Assembly (NCBI GenBank): GCA_002269645.1
Contig: NIVC01001468.1
Span: 62,001 to 126,000 of the forward strand
Length of the DNA: 64,000 nt
Origin: Macrostomum lignano
Lineage: Eukaryota
Reading direction: 5' to 3'
Shown here: in pieces, positions 49,843 to 61,890 of the stretch
How positions within the stretch are numbered: the stretch's first letter is position 1
Layout: the number at the start of each line of letters is the position of its first letter
Notes under the pieces: model-generated
What the model was told of the DNA's origin: nothing
What the model saw: only the letters and a program-made list of their open reading frames with translations
The model's database searches: none
Program-made: the position numbers and the translations under genes

Positions 49843-51215
49843 AAGTGTACAATAGGTTTTCCAGGATAGGACACATCCAGTACCAGTAATCAGTGGATGC
49901 TCGGGTTTCAATCAACGCCAAGAGATGTCGCATCCCTCTCTGCTTCGATTTGAGAACTTAAAAAACATTCAACACAAAAGATACTTGACTTTATGTTTGT
50001 AGAATATCAAGAATCCTGAGAAGCATACAGAATTTGCATGCAGGAAAACAACAGCCCACTCGGCTGCTGTCAAAGTGCGTCATAAAAATGCAATTATAAA
50101 AACGCTGAAAATTAAGAGAGAGAGAGAGAGAGAGAGAGCTAGAGTCGGGAGAGCCAGACAAAGTGATGCAGACACGGCAACTGACTCAAAAAGGCAAATA
50201 AAATTTAGGAAAAAATATTTCTGTGAGCGAGAGCACTCATGCATCCAGAATCCGATGAGGCGTGGCTCAAGTCTTTGTTTCTCGTTCAAGTTGGTAGGAT
50301 TAAGTAATCTATTCATTCTGCTTTTTTGCTTCTGTAACCGGTCGAAATTTTTTAAAATATAAATGGAATCCCCAGATAGATGTGCCCTGCTGGCATTCTC
50401 GAGTAAGTCACAGGCTGTTGAGTGCATAGTCTCTAGCATTGTCACACTTGAGCGAATCTGAATAGCCATTGAGCCCAGGTCTGAAAGCAGGCTTCAGTCA
50501 GATGTTTATTGTAGTCGCATATGGCTCTGCTATTAAATTGAAAATTTAGCATGCAATGGCAAGTGAAATTCATTTGCCATTTGCTTTGTCAAGCCGTTCA
50601 TCAAGGATCTGTTCGGTTTAATCTTATAAATTCAAGATCCTCTACAGTGCCTACTGCAGTTGTTACTGCAAATTATTGCTTTTGTTGAGTGCAAAAACAA
50701 ATAAATTCGGAATGTGAAATATGTAAACACAAATTTTAAAAGACAGAATTTTGTTTAAATAAAATTCCGCACTCAAATATTACGGTAAATAGTTGGCGTC
50801 AACAATTTCATGCCAAGAATGCCAGTGGGGATGCGACAGGCAGAGAAATGAGTTGCCAAAATCTGGCCCACTTTTAGACAAATTAATTAATTAAATTACC
50901 CAGATTGCATTCCCAGTGAATTGATGCCATATTAAAAATTTGGCGAAATAAATTGCTCAGCTCGGCTGTAATGTCAACTATTGTACTCAATAAAAGCACG
51001 AGATAGCAATAGATGGACGCAAGGGTGCATGATACGCGGTACGGGTCCCTGCTGTGGTACGCTCTGGGTGTGCATTTCCCCCAAGGTGCTGTCATCCAGA
51101 GACCTGATGAGACGGGCTCGCGTTCCTTCAGGCCCTCAATAGAACTGCTGTTTCACAAAAGGAAGATCATTTAAATCAGATTATAAGTACGAGTAATGCA
51201 ACCAAACCATGCATG

Positions 51216-51577
51216 GGGGGCGAAGCCCAGTGGTCAAGCACGGCGCTCTGATGTGCCAGCGGCCCAGGCTCGATTCCTAGTGCAGTCAATATTAATTTGG
51301 GGGTAATTTGGTATCTCGGCTCGTGCAAATTGACGCCTTTAAGGGCCAACCGCCATAGGCGCAGTTAAGTGTACATGCCTAACGATAAATAAAGTTAGGG
51401 CCGCTGTACACTCCTGTGTGAGTGTGTGCCTGTGCGTATGACTGCGAACGTATCCGCGCGCTTGTGTGCCTGCTCAGGGGAGTCGGCGGAATGGGCAGCA
51501 ATGCCTCTCGCCGGTTGTGTGACAATGTCGCTTGAAGTGCGCCAGGGTGCACACAGCCCCCGGCCTCTAATAAAGAT
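51216..51577 (+). mobile_element. tRNA-derived SINE copy B with TSD
   Basis: Colinear with copy A; B-box-like GGCTCGATTCC; flanked by CCAAACCATGCATG (51202-51215) and CCAAACCATGCTTG (51578-51591). Confidence 0.88.
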
Positions 51578-52254
51578 CCAAACCATGCTTGTAAAACTCA
51601 ACAGATGACTGATTGGCTCAGGCAATTAGCAATATAAAAACACGATATTGGTGACAAGAGTGGCATTTCCAGACCAGAAAAGTAGATGATGGGCCCAGGC
51701 AATTAGCAAGACAACAATAATAACACAAGGGCGGCATCAATCCAGACTGCCAGGAGGTCGATGTCACCTGGCAATGGACTGCCTAGCCATGCCAGCGGCA
51801 GCAAAAATCAAAGAAGCCAACATTTTGGGATCGGCGGTGCGTATCCGGATACGCAACAACCGGCAAAAGCCGCTACATCTTTGAGCAGCGTCCCTTTTCG
51901 CAGCAGCTAGCTAGCAAGTTGTCTACTATGCAAAAGGACGGCAGCAATGTAGCAGGAGGATTGTTTTCAGCTTCTTCTAGTTTCCATTTTAGGCTGATTA
52001 TTCGGATACTTCGACTCTTGAAGATCGTGCAACGGCATGCCTGTTGGCAGACCATCTGCTTTGTTTTGTATCAATATTCATGCAAAAATAATTGAAGGCT
52101 ATAAAACAGACGAACATGTTAGTTTTTCCCTTATTCAGCAAACAGATGGCCATCAGAATGCATAAAAAGCAGCCATTGATATTTTTTGTTATTTCGCATA
52201 CATTTATAATTATAGTCGTATAATATATTAGCAAATGCCAAGCCGCTCAAGAAG

Positions 52255-52653
52255 TTAGCGCTGTTCCCGCACTAGCAGCAGGCCACGATCGTGCAGTCCG
52301 GCGGCCAGGGCCACCCGGTCCTCCGGGTCCGCGATTGGCAGCTCGGCGACAGTCAGGAAGGTTGGATAGGCGGCGGCGAGGGCGGCGACACCGGGCGCCA
52401 GAGCCGGCTCAACGTCCAGGTAAGCTGGCTCAGCTTCGCGGAACACGCGCGTATTGCCCAGACTGCTGTGCAGGCGGCCGTCGCCAGTCAGGCGGGCGGC
52501 GCTGCGTCTGACCAGGCGGATCCGCGATTTCAGCGTCACGGCCGGCGGCGCGGCGGTCAGGCGGCCGCGCCGAGCGTCCCAGACGGGCCCGGCGCCGAAC
52601 GCGCTGCACGAGGCCTCGCTGGGGTCCAAGGCTGGCGGCAGGGCGTCGCGAAC
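52255..52653 (-). CDS. RIOX1: NO66 exon 4 (C-terminal winged-helix region)
   Basis: Acceptor tttatcaag|GTT gives VRDALPPALDP..AYPTFLTVAELP..LHDRGLL, stop at 52255; spliced CDS is 1827 nt (608 aa). Confidence 0.88.
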   Translation of the reverse strand, partial: VRDALPPALDPSEASCSAFGAGPVWDARRGRLTAAPPAVTLKSRIRLVRRSAARLTGDGRLHSSLGNTRVFREAEPAYLDVEPALAPGVAALAAAYPTFLTVAELPIADPEDRVALAAGLHDRGLLLVREQR

Positions 52654-53639
52654 CTTGATAAAGGGCGTCGTGAATTAACAACTTCGGACATCCTGGAGCA
52701 ACGCTTTTGGCGACATGCAATACTGTAATGCAATTCTGCACATTCTGCTGACTTCTGAGCAATACTGTAGGCAGGCACGGACTCATGCACATGCTCACAC
52801 GGGGTGTACAGCGGTCCTGACCATAACATGCGCAACACCTGGCCGGCTGGCGGAAGGCCCAGCCAACCCGAAAATAAACGTACTACTAATTACATGACGA
52901 GGCATTTAGCCTTAATAATACAGTTATAGTTACTCCTGCCGTTTACCCAAAATTAGGTTAGTTTTGTAGGGTTTCTTTTACAGGTAAGTCGCACACGGCT
53001 AGTGTAAATCACGGGGTTGCACACTTATGGTCCTTACTTTCAAATTGTCAGGCATATATACACTTTCTATGCCTTGAGGGTTGGCCCTCATCTAGTAAAT
53101 CCGAACTGATGCAAATAATCCAGCGTCTGTCGCATGAGAACAAATTAACTACATGAAATCCGCGGTACATCAACTGCGCCGTCAATTTAAATGAAAATGA
53201 TAAAAAAACGGGTAAGTCTGTGAATCTCTCTCTAGTTTTGACGTTCAAAAGACACTTAATCAATTTTGGAAGTAAAACGCCCAAAATTCCCTTGCGCTGA
53301 GCATTAAAGTTGAAAGCTAAAAATACGGTAGAGTTAGTTAGGCGATAATAATTGGATTGGATTGGATTAGCAACAGATAGGCAAAGATAAAATGCCTTTT
53401 GAGTTGCAGCCATGCATGCAATGAATGTTTAAAACAGTGAAGGAAATGGATTTCCATTTCATTAAAGGAATATTAAAATAACAGATTTTTTGGGAAAACA
53501 AAGGCAGCAAATGAGTTGTTAGAATACAGTAACGAGGGATACGAGAAGCTGAACCCAAGTGACACAAGGTAAGAGGATTAAGAGAATTGGAAAAGAAAAA
53601 CGTTCAAATAGGATTTTAGGAAACTGAAAGGATGATAGG

Positions 53640-54378
53640 GTGGGAGGGCGGAGAGGATGTAGGGAGAGCGGAGAGGATGTAGGGAGAGCGGAGAGGATGT
53701 AGGGAGAGCGGAGAGGATGTAGGGAGAGCGGAGAGGATGTAGCGGAGAGTGGAGAGGATGCAGGGAGAGTGGAAAGGATGTAGGGAGAGTGGAAAGGATG
53801 TAGGGAGAGTGGATAGGATGTAGGGATGTAGGGAGAGTGGAAAGAATGCAGGAGAGTAGAAAGGATGTAGGGAGAGCGGAGAGGATGTAAGGAGTGTGGA
53901 TAGGATGTAGGGAGAGCGGAGAGGATGTAGGGAGAGCGGATAGGATGTAGGGAGAGTGGATAGGATGTAGGGAGAGCGGATAGGATGAAGGGAGAGTGGA
54001 TAGGATGTAGGGAGAGCGGAGAGGATGTAGGGAGAGCGGAGAGGATGTAGGGAGAGTGGAGAGGATGTAGGGAGAGCGGAGAGGATGTAGGGAGAGCGGA
54101 GAGGATGTAGGGAGAGTGGAGAGGATGTAGGGAGAGCGGAGAGGATGTAGGGAGAGCGGAGAGGATGTAGGGACAGCGGAGAGGATGTAGGGACAGCGGA
54201 GAGGATGTAGGGAGAGTGGAAAGGATGTAGGGAGAGCGGATAGGATGTAGGGAGAGTGGATAGGATGTAGGGAGAGCGGAGAGGATGTAGGGAGAGCGGA
54301 GAGGATGTAGGGAGAGCGGAGAGGATGTAGGGAGAGCGGAGAGGATTTAGGGAGAGCGGAGAGGATGTAGGGAGAGCG
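53640..54378. repeat. 20-bp minisatellite (gagaggatgtagggagagcg), NO66 intron 3
   Basis: Strict 20-bp phase. Confidence 0.96.
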
Positions 54379-54463
54379 ACACCACAGGATTAGCAGCAGC
54401 TCGTGGATCTGTAGCCTGATAACCATCCCTCAAGGACATTACAAAGACCCCGAGCTCACTAAC

Positions 54464-54879
54464 CTGTCCACATGCAATCCTGTCCGCTGCCTCATCCAGG
54501 CTGATATGACCGGACAGTCTGGCCAGCAGTGACCGGCAAAATTCTTCGGCTTCGCGTCGCCGATTTGCCCAATCGTCGCGGCTAGCGGCGGTCAGGGACC
54601 CAAAGGCGGAGCCGGCAAAGCCCAGAAGTCCGAGCGGCAGGCCGCGCCTGAACTCCTCGTCCTGGGTGGTTGCCCGCTCCAAAGCGCCGGAGATGGCCTC
54701 AGCGAGTAGATCTGTCCAGGCAAATTTCTGGTAGGTAGACACGGTGATGTGCAGCGAGTGCCAGCCATCCAGACAGCGGCCCTGGTGAATGAAGCCGCGG
54801 GGCATGTAGAGCAGGTCGCCAGGCTCCAGGACAGCGTCAATCACCGGCTGTCCCAGCCGGTCCTTCGGCCCAAAGTTTC
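54464..54879 (-). CDS. RIOX1: NO66 exon 3 (distal Fe-ligand His)
   Basis: LEPGDLLYMPRGFIHQG..SLHITVSTYQK..W; acceptor taccag|GA, donor CAG|GTTAGT. Confidence 0.95.
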
Positions 54880-55091
54880 CTGGTAGACAGCGCAAGGGGG
54901 AAACAATTTGTGGATTTAAAATTGTGTCAGTGGCAAAGCAGAGCTGAGCACAGGTAAGATGAAAGATACCGGAAGAAATCAAAACTGGAGAGATTGACGC
55001 ACGAGAGAGTAAGAAACAAAGCATAAGGGAATAGAGGGGGAAGAGACAGCGAAAAGGGGAAGAGAGATATGGGTAAGGGAGGAGTCAGGAA

Positions 55092-56042
55092 ATGGGAGAG
55101 AGACGGGGAAAGGGAAGAGGGACGGGGAAAGGGAAGAGGGACGGGGAAAGGGAAGAGGGACGGGGAAAGGGAAGAGAGACGGGGAAAGGGAAGAGAGACG
55201 GGGAAATGGGAGAGAGACGGGGAAAGGGAAGAGAGAGACGGGGAAAGGGAAGAGAGACGGGAAATGGGAGAGAGACGGGGAAAGGAAAGAGAGACGGGGA
55301 AAGGAAAGAGAGACGGGGAAAGGGAAGAGAGACGGGGAAAGGGAAGAGAGAGACGGGGAAAGGGAAGAGAGACGGGGAAAGAGAAGAGAGAGACGGGGAA
55401 AGGGAAGAGAGAGACGGGGAAAGGGAAGAGAGAGACGGGGAAAGGGAAGAGAGAGACGGGGAAAGGGATGAGAGACGGGGAAAGGGATGAGAGACGGGGA
55501 AAGGGATGAGAGACGGGGAAAGGGATGAGAGACGGGGAAAGGGATGAGAGACGGGGAAAGGGATGAGAGACGGGGAAGGGATGAGAGACGGGGAAAGGGA
55601 TGAGAGACGGGGAAAGGGATGAGAGACGGGGAAAGGGATGAGAGACGGGGAAAGGGATGAGAGACGGGGAAAGGGATGAGAGACGGGGAAAGGGATGAGA
55701 GACGGGGAAAGGGAAGAGAGACGGGGAAAGGGAAGAGAGACGGGGAAAGGGATGAGAGACGGGGAAAGGGATGAGAGACGGGGAAAGGGAAGAGACGGGG
55801 AAAGGGAAGAGAGACGGGGAAAGGGAAGAGAGAGACGGGGAAAGGGAAGAGAGACGGGGAAAGGGAAGAGAGACGGGGAAAGGGAAGAGAGACGGGGAAA
55901 GGGAAGAGAGACGGGGAAAGGGATGAGAGACGGGGAAAGGGATGAGAGACGGGGAAAGGGATGAGAGACGGGGAAAGGGAAGAGAGACGGGGAAAGGGAA
56001 GAGAGACGGGGAAAGGGATGAGAGACGGGGAAAGGGAAGAGA
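55092..56042. repeat. 19/21-bp minisatellite (gagacggggaaagggaaga), NO66 intron 2
   Basis: Tandem GGGG-AAA-GGG units. Confidence 0.96.
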
Positions 56043-56095
56043 GGCCTGTAACGCAAGAGCCCTGTATGGTTTAGCAAAAAAGTACATAAAAATAC

Positions 56096-56410
56096 CGCTA
56101 GACTCCCGCGGCAGCCGCTCGTTTGGCGACCTGGGCGCGTACACTCGCCAGTGCTTGCGCCCTTCGAGCTGCATAACGAAGGCTTCAATGTCGTCCCAAT
56201 GCGGCGCGAACCCCTGCGTACCGGGCGGAGTCAGGTAGACATTGGCGCCAACAAAAGACCCGAACAGTTCGTGCAAAATGCTCAGCTTTTGATAAACGCG
56301 ATCGTGAAACACCTGCGGACAGAGGAGGCGCAGCGAACAGCCCGACTGGTAGAACTGCCAGGTCTGGCTGACCAGTGCGCGGCCCTCCGGGTTGTGCGTC
56401 TCGCGCTTGC
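56096..56410 (-). CDS. RIOX1: NO66 exon 2 (JmjC HxD)
   Basis: [54 protein letters not shown]; phase 1 at both ends. Confidence 0.95.
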
Positions 56411-56485
56411 CTGTGGCGCCATGCGGAGCGGAGTAGTGGCTTTGATTGGCTTGATTTTATTTGAGTGTGGGGTGGCGATGGCCCA

Positions 56486-57605
56486 GAGCTGAGGATCTGG
56501 GAGGCTGGCTCAGCAACTGAGGATCTGGGAGGCTGGCCCAGCAACTGACACTCTGGGAGACTGGCCCAGCAACTGAGGATCTGGGAGGCTGGCCCAGCAA
56601 CTGAGGATCTGGGAGGCTGGCCCAGCAACTGAGGATCTGGGAGGCTGGCCCAGCAACTGACACTCTGGGAGGCTGGCCCAGCAACTGAGGAACTGGGAGG
56701 CTGGCCCAGCAACTGACACTCTGGGAGGCTGGCCCAGCAACTGAGGATCTGGGAGGCTGACCCAGCAACTGACACTCTGGGAGGCTGGCCCAGCAACTGA
56801 GGAACTGGGAGGCTGGCCCAGCAACTGACACTCTGGGAGGCTGGCCCAGCAACTGAGGATCTGGGAGGCTGACCCAGCAACTGACACTCTGGGAGGCTGG
56901 CCCAGCAACTGAGGATCTGGAAGGCTGGCCCAGCAACTGAAACTCTGGGAGGCTGACCCAGCAACTGACACTCTGGGAGGCTGGCCCAGCAACTGAGGAA
57001 CTGGGAGGCTGGCGATGGCCCAGCAACTGAGGATCTGGGAGGCTGGCTTAGCAGCTGAGGATCTGGGAGGCTGGCCCAGCAACTGAGGATCTGGGAGGTT
57101 GGCCCAGCAACTGAGGATCTGGGAGGTTGGCAGTGCAGGCCTTGCAACTGAGGATCTGAGAGACTGTCAGTAGCTCAACAACTGAGGATCTGGGAGGTTG
57201 GCAGTGCAGGCCTTGCAACTGAGGATCTGAGAGACTGTCAGTAGCTCAACAACTGAGGATCTGGGAGGCTGGCGAGGGCCCAGCAACTGAGGATCTGAGA
57301 GACTGTCAGTAGCTCAACAACTGAGGATCTGGGAGGCTGGCGAGGGCCCAGCAACTGACGATCTGAGAGACTGTCAGTAGCTCAACAACTGAGGATCTGG
57401 GAGGCTGGCGAGGGCCCAGCAACTGAGGATCTGAGAGACTGTCAGTAGCTCAACAACTGAGGATCTGGGAGGCTGGCGAGGGCCCAGCAACTGAGGATCT
57501 GAGAGACTGTCAGTAGCTCAACAACTGAGGATCTGGGAGGCTGGCGAGGGCCCAGCAACTGAGGATCTGAGAGACTGTCAGTAGCTCAACAACTGAGGAT
57601 CTGGG
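56486..57605. repeat. 28-bp minisatellite (gaggatctgggaggctggcccagcaact) grading into a ~69-bp dimer unit, NO66 intron 1
   Basis: 28-aa ORF period; alternating derived unit from about 57150. Confidence 0.95.
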
Positions 57606-58296
57606 ACGTTTCGATGGCGTTCGAAAATGAAGGTTGTGATAAGTCTTAAGTTCACTATGCATGGATCAGTTTGGTTGGCAGTGGAGATTACTAATGCTGC
57701 TAACGATATCAGAGTAGTTCGGCAAGTGGCGGTAAAGAATCCGGGGATCAGAAGCAGTCTATTTAATTAGTCTAGAATTTTAATAGAATCTATAAACGAT
57801 TTTTGAACTGCATCAAATCCCAGTCTCATTATTGAATTAATTGGGGCATTTAAAATATCTAGAAATCTATAAATAATCGGCGCTGGATACTCAATTTTGC
57901 TAATAATAAGTCACCCCCTGCCACCAGCAGAAATACAGCAGACTATTTAAGGCAAACCAAAATAATAAAACACGGTAAACAAAGAACCACTGACTTGAAA
58001 CGGGAAATTTTGGAAAACAGCTCGAAAGAGATTTTCGAAGGGTTTAACGAAACCTGAGAAGGTTTGGTAAAAACACACAAAGGGCCTGTTGCACTGCGAA
58101 AATCTTCGGGCTTATAGGATAACAGGAAAATTGTTTGTAGGTCTGGTCTGAGGAAATAAAACACTAAGAATTGACTTAGAATCGAAATCTGGGAATCGGT
58201 CAAGCCCTTGGCCATAACAATTACACACCTCGCTTCCATTGGTGCTTCTTGCATTGGGGTCTTTATCTTCTTGCTTAATGAAGCGTTGCTCTTCCG

Positions 58297-60062
58297 TGTG
58301 ATAGCACTGCTATTCCTCTCTGATAGCACTGCTATTCCCCTGTGATAGCACTGGCTATTCCTCTCTGATAGCACTGATATTCCCCTGTCATAGCACTGGC
58401 TATTCCTCTCTGATAGCACTGCTATTCCCCTGTGATAGCACTGCTATTCCCCTGTCATAGCACTGGCTATTCCCCTGTGATAGCACTGGCTATTCCTCTC
58501 TGATAGCACTGCTATTCCCCTGTGATAGCACTGCTATTCCCCTGTCATAGCACTGGCTATTCCCCTGTGATAGCACTGCTATTTCCCTGTGATAGCACTG
58601 CTATTCCCCTGTGATAGCACTGCTATATTCCTCTCTGATAGCACTGCTATTCCCCTGTGATAGCACTGATATTCCCCTGTCATAGCACTGGCTATTCCCC
58701 TGTGATAGCACTGCTATTTCCCTGTGATAGCACTGGCTATTCCCCTGTGATAGCACTGCTATATTCCTCTCTGATAGCACTGCTATTCCCCTGTGATAGC
58801 ACTGCTATATTCCTCTCTGATAGCACTGCTATATTCCTCTCTGATAGCACTGCTATATTCCTCTCTGATAGCACTGCTATTCCCCTGTGATAGCACTGCT
58901 ATATTCCTCTCTGATAGCACTGCTATATTCCTCTCTGATAGCACTGCTATTTCCCTGTGATAGCACTGCTATATTCCTCTCTGATAGCACTGCTATTTCC
59001 CTGTGATAGCACTGATATTCCCCCGTGATAGCACTGGCTATTCCCCTGTGATAACACTGCTATTCCCCTGTGATAGCACTGGCTATTCCCCTGTGATAGC
59101 ACTGATATTCCCCCGTGATAGCACTGTCTATTCCCCTGTGATAACACTGCTATTCCCCTGTCATAGCACTGGCTATTCCCCTGTGATAGCACTGCTATTC
59201 CCCGTGATGGCACTGTATTCCCCAGTGATAGCACTGCTATTCCCCCGTGATAGCACTGCTATTCCTCCGTGATAGCACTGGCTATTCCCCGTGATGGCAC
59301 TGTATTCCCCAGTGATAGCACTGCTATTCCCCCGTGATAGTACTGCTATTCCCCCGTGATAGCACTGGCTATTCCCCTGTGATAGCACTGCTATTCCACT
59401 GTGATAGCACTGGCTATTCCCCAGTGATAGCACTGCTATTTCCCTGTGATAGCACTGATATTCCCCCGTGATAGCACTGGCTATTCCCCAGTGATAGCAC
59501 TGCTATTTCCCTGTGATAGCACTGATATTCCCCCGTGATAGCACTGGCTATTCCCCTGTGATAGCACTGCTATTCCCCGTGATGGCACTGTATTCCCCAG
59601 AGATAGCACTGCTATTCCCCCGTGATAGCACTGCTATTCCCCCGTGATAGCACTGGCTATTCCCCTGTGATAGCACTGCTATTTCCCTGTGATAGCACTG
59701 CTATTCCCCTGTGATAGCACTGCTATTCCCCCGTGATAGCACTGGCTATTTCCCTGTGATAGCACTGCTATTCCCCGTGATGGCACTGTATTCCCCAGAG
59801 ATAGCACTGCTATTCCCCCGTGATAGCACTGGCTATTTCCCTGTGATAGCACTGCTATTCCCCTGTGATAGCACTGCTATTCCCCCGTGATAGCACTGGC
59901 TATTTCCCTGTGATAGCACTGCTATTCCCCGTGATGGCACTGTATTCCCCAGAGATAGCACTGCTATTCCCCCGTGATAGCACTGGCTATTCCCCTGTGA
60001 TAGCACTGCTATTCCCCCGTGATAGCACTGGCTATTCCCCTGTGATAGCACTGCTATTCCTC
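58297..60062. repeat. 22-24 bp minisatellite (gatagcactgctattcccctgt), NO66 intron 1
   Basis: About 1.75 kb; the basic unit contains the palindrome ATAGCA-C-TGCTAT. Confidence 0.96.
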
Positions 60063-60096
60063 CGTGATTTCCCTCATCTTCCCCTTCCAATCGTAC

Positions 60097-60793
60097 CATC
60101 TCTATAGCTGGTAACGTCCAGATGTTCGCCAAACATAACCCGATGATTGCGCAGCATTGAGTCGAAATCGGCCGTACTAAACCAGTCGTCATAGTGACTG
60201 GGAGAATTGCGCTTCACTAGCAGCGGCTTGCGCTCCCAATAGGTGCCAAAGAACTGCTCAGTACTAATTGGAGCGATGATCTCTTTAAAGACCTCAGTGG
60301 CTTCGACAATCGGATCGATCACAGAGTCATCCTCAGTGTCGGAGTTGCTTCCAATTTCAGCGGATGAGTCACTGCCAATTGGCATCGCAGAGGCTACCAA
60401 GCCGTCCTGCTTTGGTTGGCAAGACTCCGACTGTTTGTTTCTTTTTTTCCGCTTCTTTTTCTTGCCAGACAAGGCAGCCCCATTGGAAGCTACTTGATGC
60501 TGTTGCGGCTTCAACTTCTTACTACTAGAAGTAGTGCTAGTAGTACTCGGAGATTTGGAAAATGCCTTCTCTACTTTTGCAGAGACGGACTGTTCCTGCA
60601 GTTTTGCTTTCTTTTTCTTACTACTGCCAGTAGCAGCATTGGCACTGTTTTCTGTGCTATTATTAGAATGCTGCCGTTTTTTCTCGCGATTGACTTGTTG
60701 ATCCTGCAGCTGGATTGCCGGTGGCTGCTGCTTTAAGCGCTGATAGGCAGCATAGGCTGAGACCTGCTGTTTGCCTAATTTCAAGTCTGCCAT
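60097..60793 (-). CDS. RIOX1: NO66 ribosomal oxygenase exon 1
   Basis: MADLKLGKQQVSAYAAY, Lys-rich tracts, FFGTYWERKPLLVKR, LDVTSY; donor G|GTACGA, phase 1. Confidence 0.9.
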
Positions 60794-60840
60794 ATCTTTC
60801 TCTATTAGTATTGTGCTGGCATGAATGAGAAGCAAAACAT

Positions 60841-61335
60841 CGCTGAGATGTCAAGGCTCACGGGTGGAATTGCTGAGATGTCAAGGCTCATGGGGGAATT
60901 GCTGGGATGTTAAGACTCACGGGTGAAATTTCTGAGATGTCAAGGCTCACAGGTGGAATTGCTGAGATGTCAAGGCTCATGGGGGGAATTGCTGAGATCT
61001 CAAGGCTCATGGGGGAATCGCTGAGATCTCAAGGCTCATGGGGGAATCGCTGAGATGTCAAGACTCACGGGTGGAATCGCTGAGATGTCAAGGCTCATGG
61101 GGGAATCGCTGAGATGTCAAGGCTCATGGGGGAATCGCTGAGATGTCAAGGCTCATGGGGGAATCGCTGAGATGTCAAGGCTCATGGGGGAATCGCTGAG
61201 ATGTCAAGGCTCATAGGGGAATCGCTGAGATGTCAAGACTCACGGGTGGAATCGCTGAGATTTCAAGGCTCATGGTGGAATCGCTGAGATTTCAAGGCTC
61301 ATGGTGGAATCGCTGAGATGTCAAGGCTCATTTGG
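60841..61335. repeat. 29-bp minisatellite (gctgagatgtcaaggctcatgggggaatc) just upstream of NO66
   Basis: About 17 units beginning 48 nt from the ATG. Confidence 0.95.
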
Positions 61336-61890
61336 GAATCTGAGCTTTCTGAGTCTATCCAAAGTTGCTTTGCTATTGTTCTAAGCATAGAAAACAAGGG
61401 TTTTATTATTTTAACAATGTTAGATCTCTTTTATTGCAATCTTGGGTTTCAATGTGACCCTAATGACATTGCTTGGGCTTGATATAGTGCTCCAGGTGAC
61501 AATTGCTATCAGTAGTAGCAAAATAGACAACCTAGATAACAGTAACAAGACTATTACAACTAGTGCTCTAAGCAGCTCCATGATGATTGCTGTCATAGAA
61601 AAGCATAGCGCATATAATCTTGAGGATCGCAATGATTAGACTTTTAGAGCAGTTGGCATGCATAGCTTACCATGGCCAAATTTGATTTAGATGCCATAGC
61701 TCTTTGTAGCCTTAAATGCTTCTTTTCAGAGATTTTAACTTGAATGTTTAATAGCAAAAACATTGATTATATTAACATTGACACTAAAGTTATTAGTGTA
61801 ACCTAAATGATTTAATATGTTTGCACATTATTTTTTTGCTAAAAATTAATTGGATGCCATTTTAATATTCTGCTTATTCATTGTTGCTAC

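Noticed and set aside
19322-60793. Functional cluster of RNP-related genes (pICln, RGG-vWA protein, NO66)
   Set aside because: They are interspersed with unrelated genes, have separate promoters and tens of kb of spacing; no evidence for an operon.
9571-61335. CRISPR-like appearance of regularly spaced repeats
   Set aside because: Units are head-to-tail with no unique spacers, the context is eukaryotic, and no cas genes are present.
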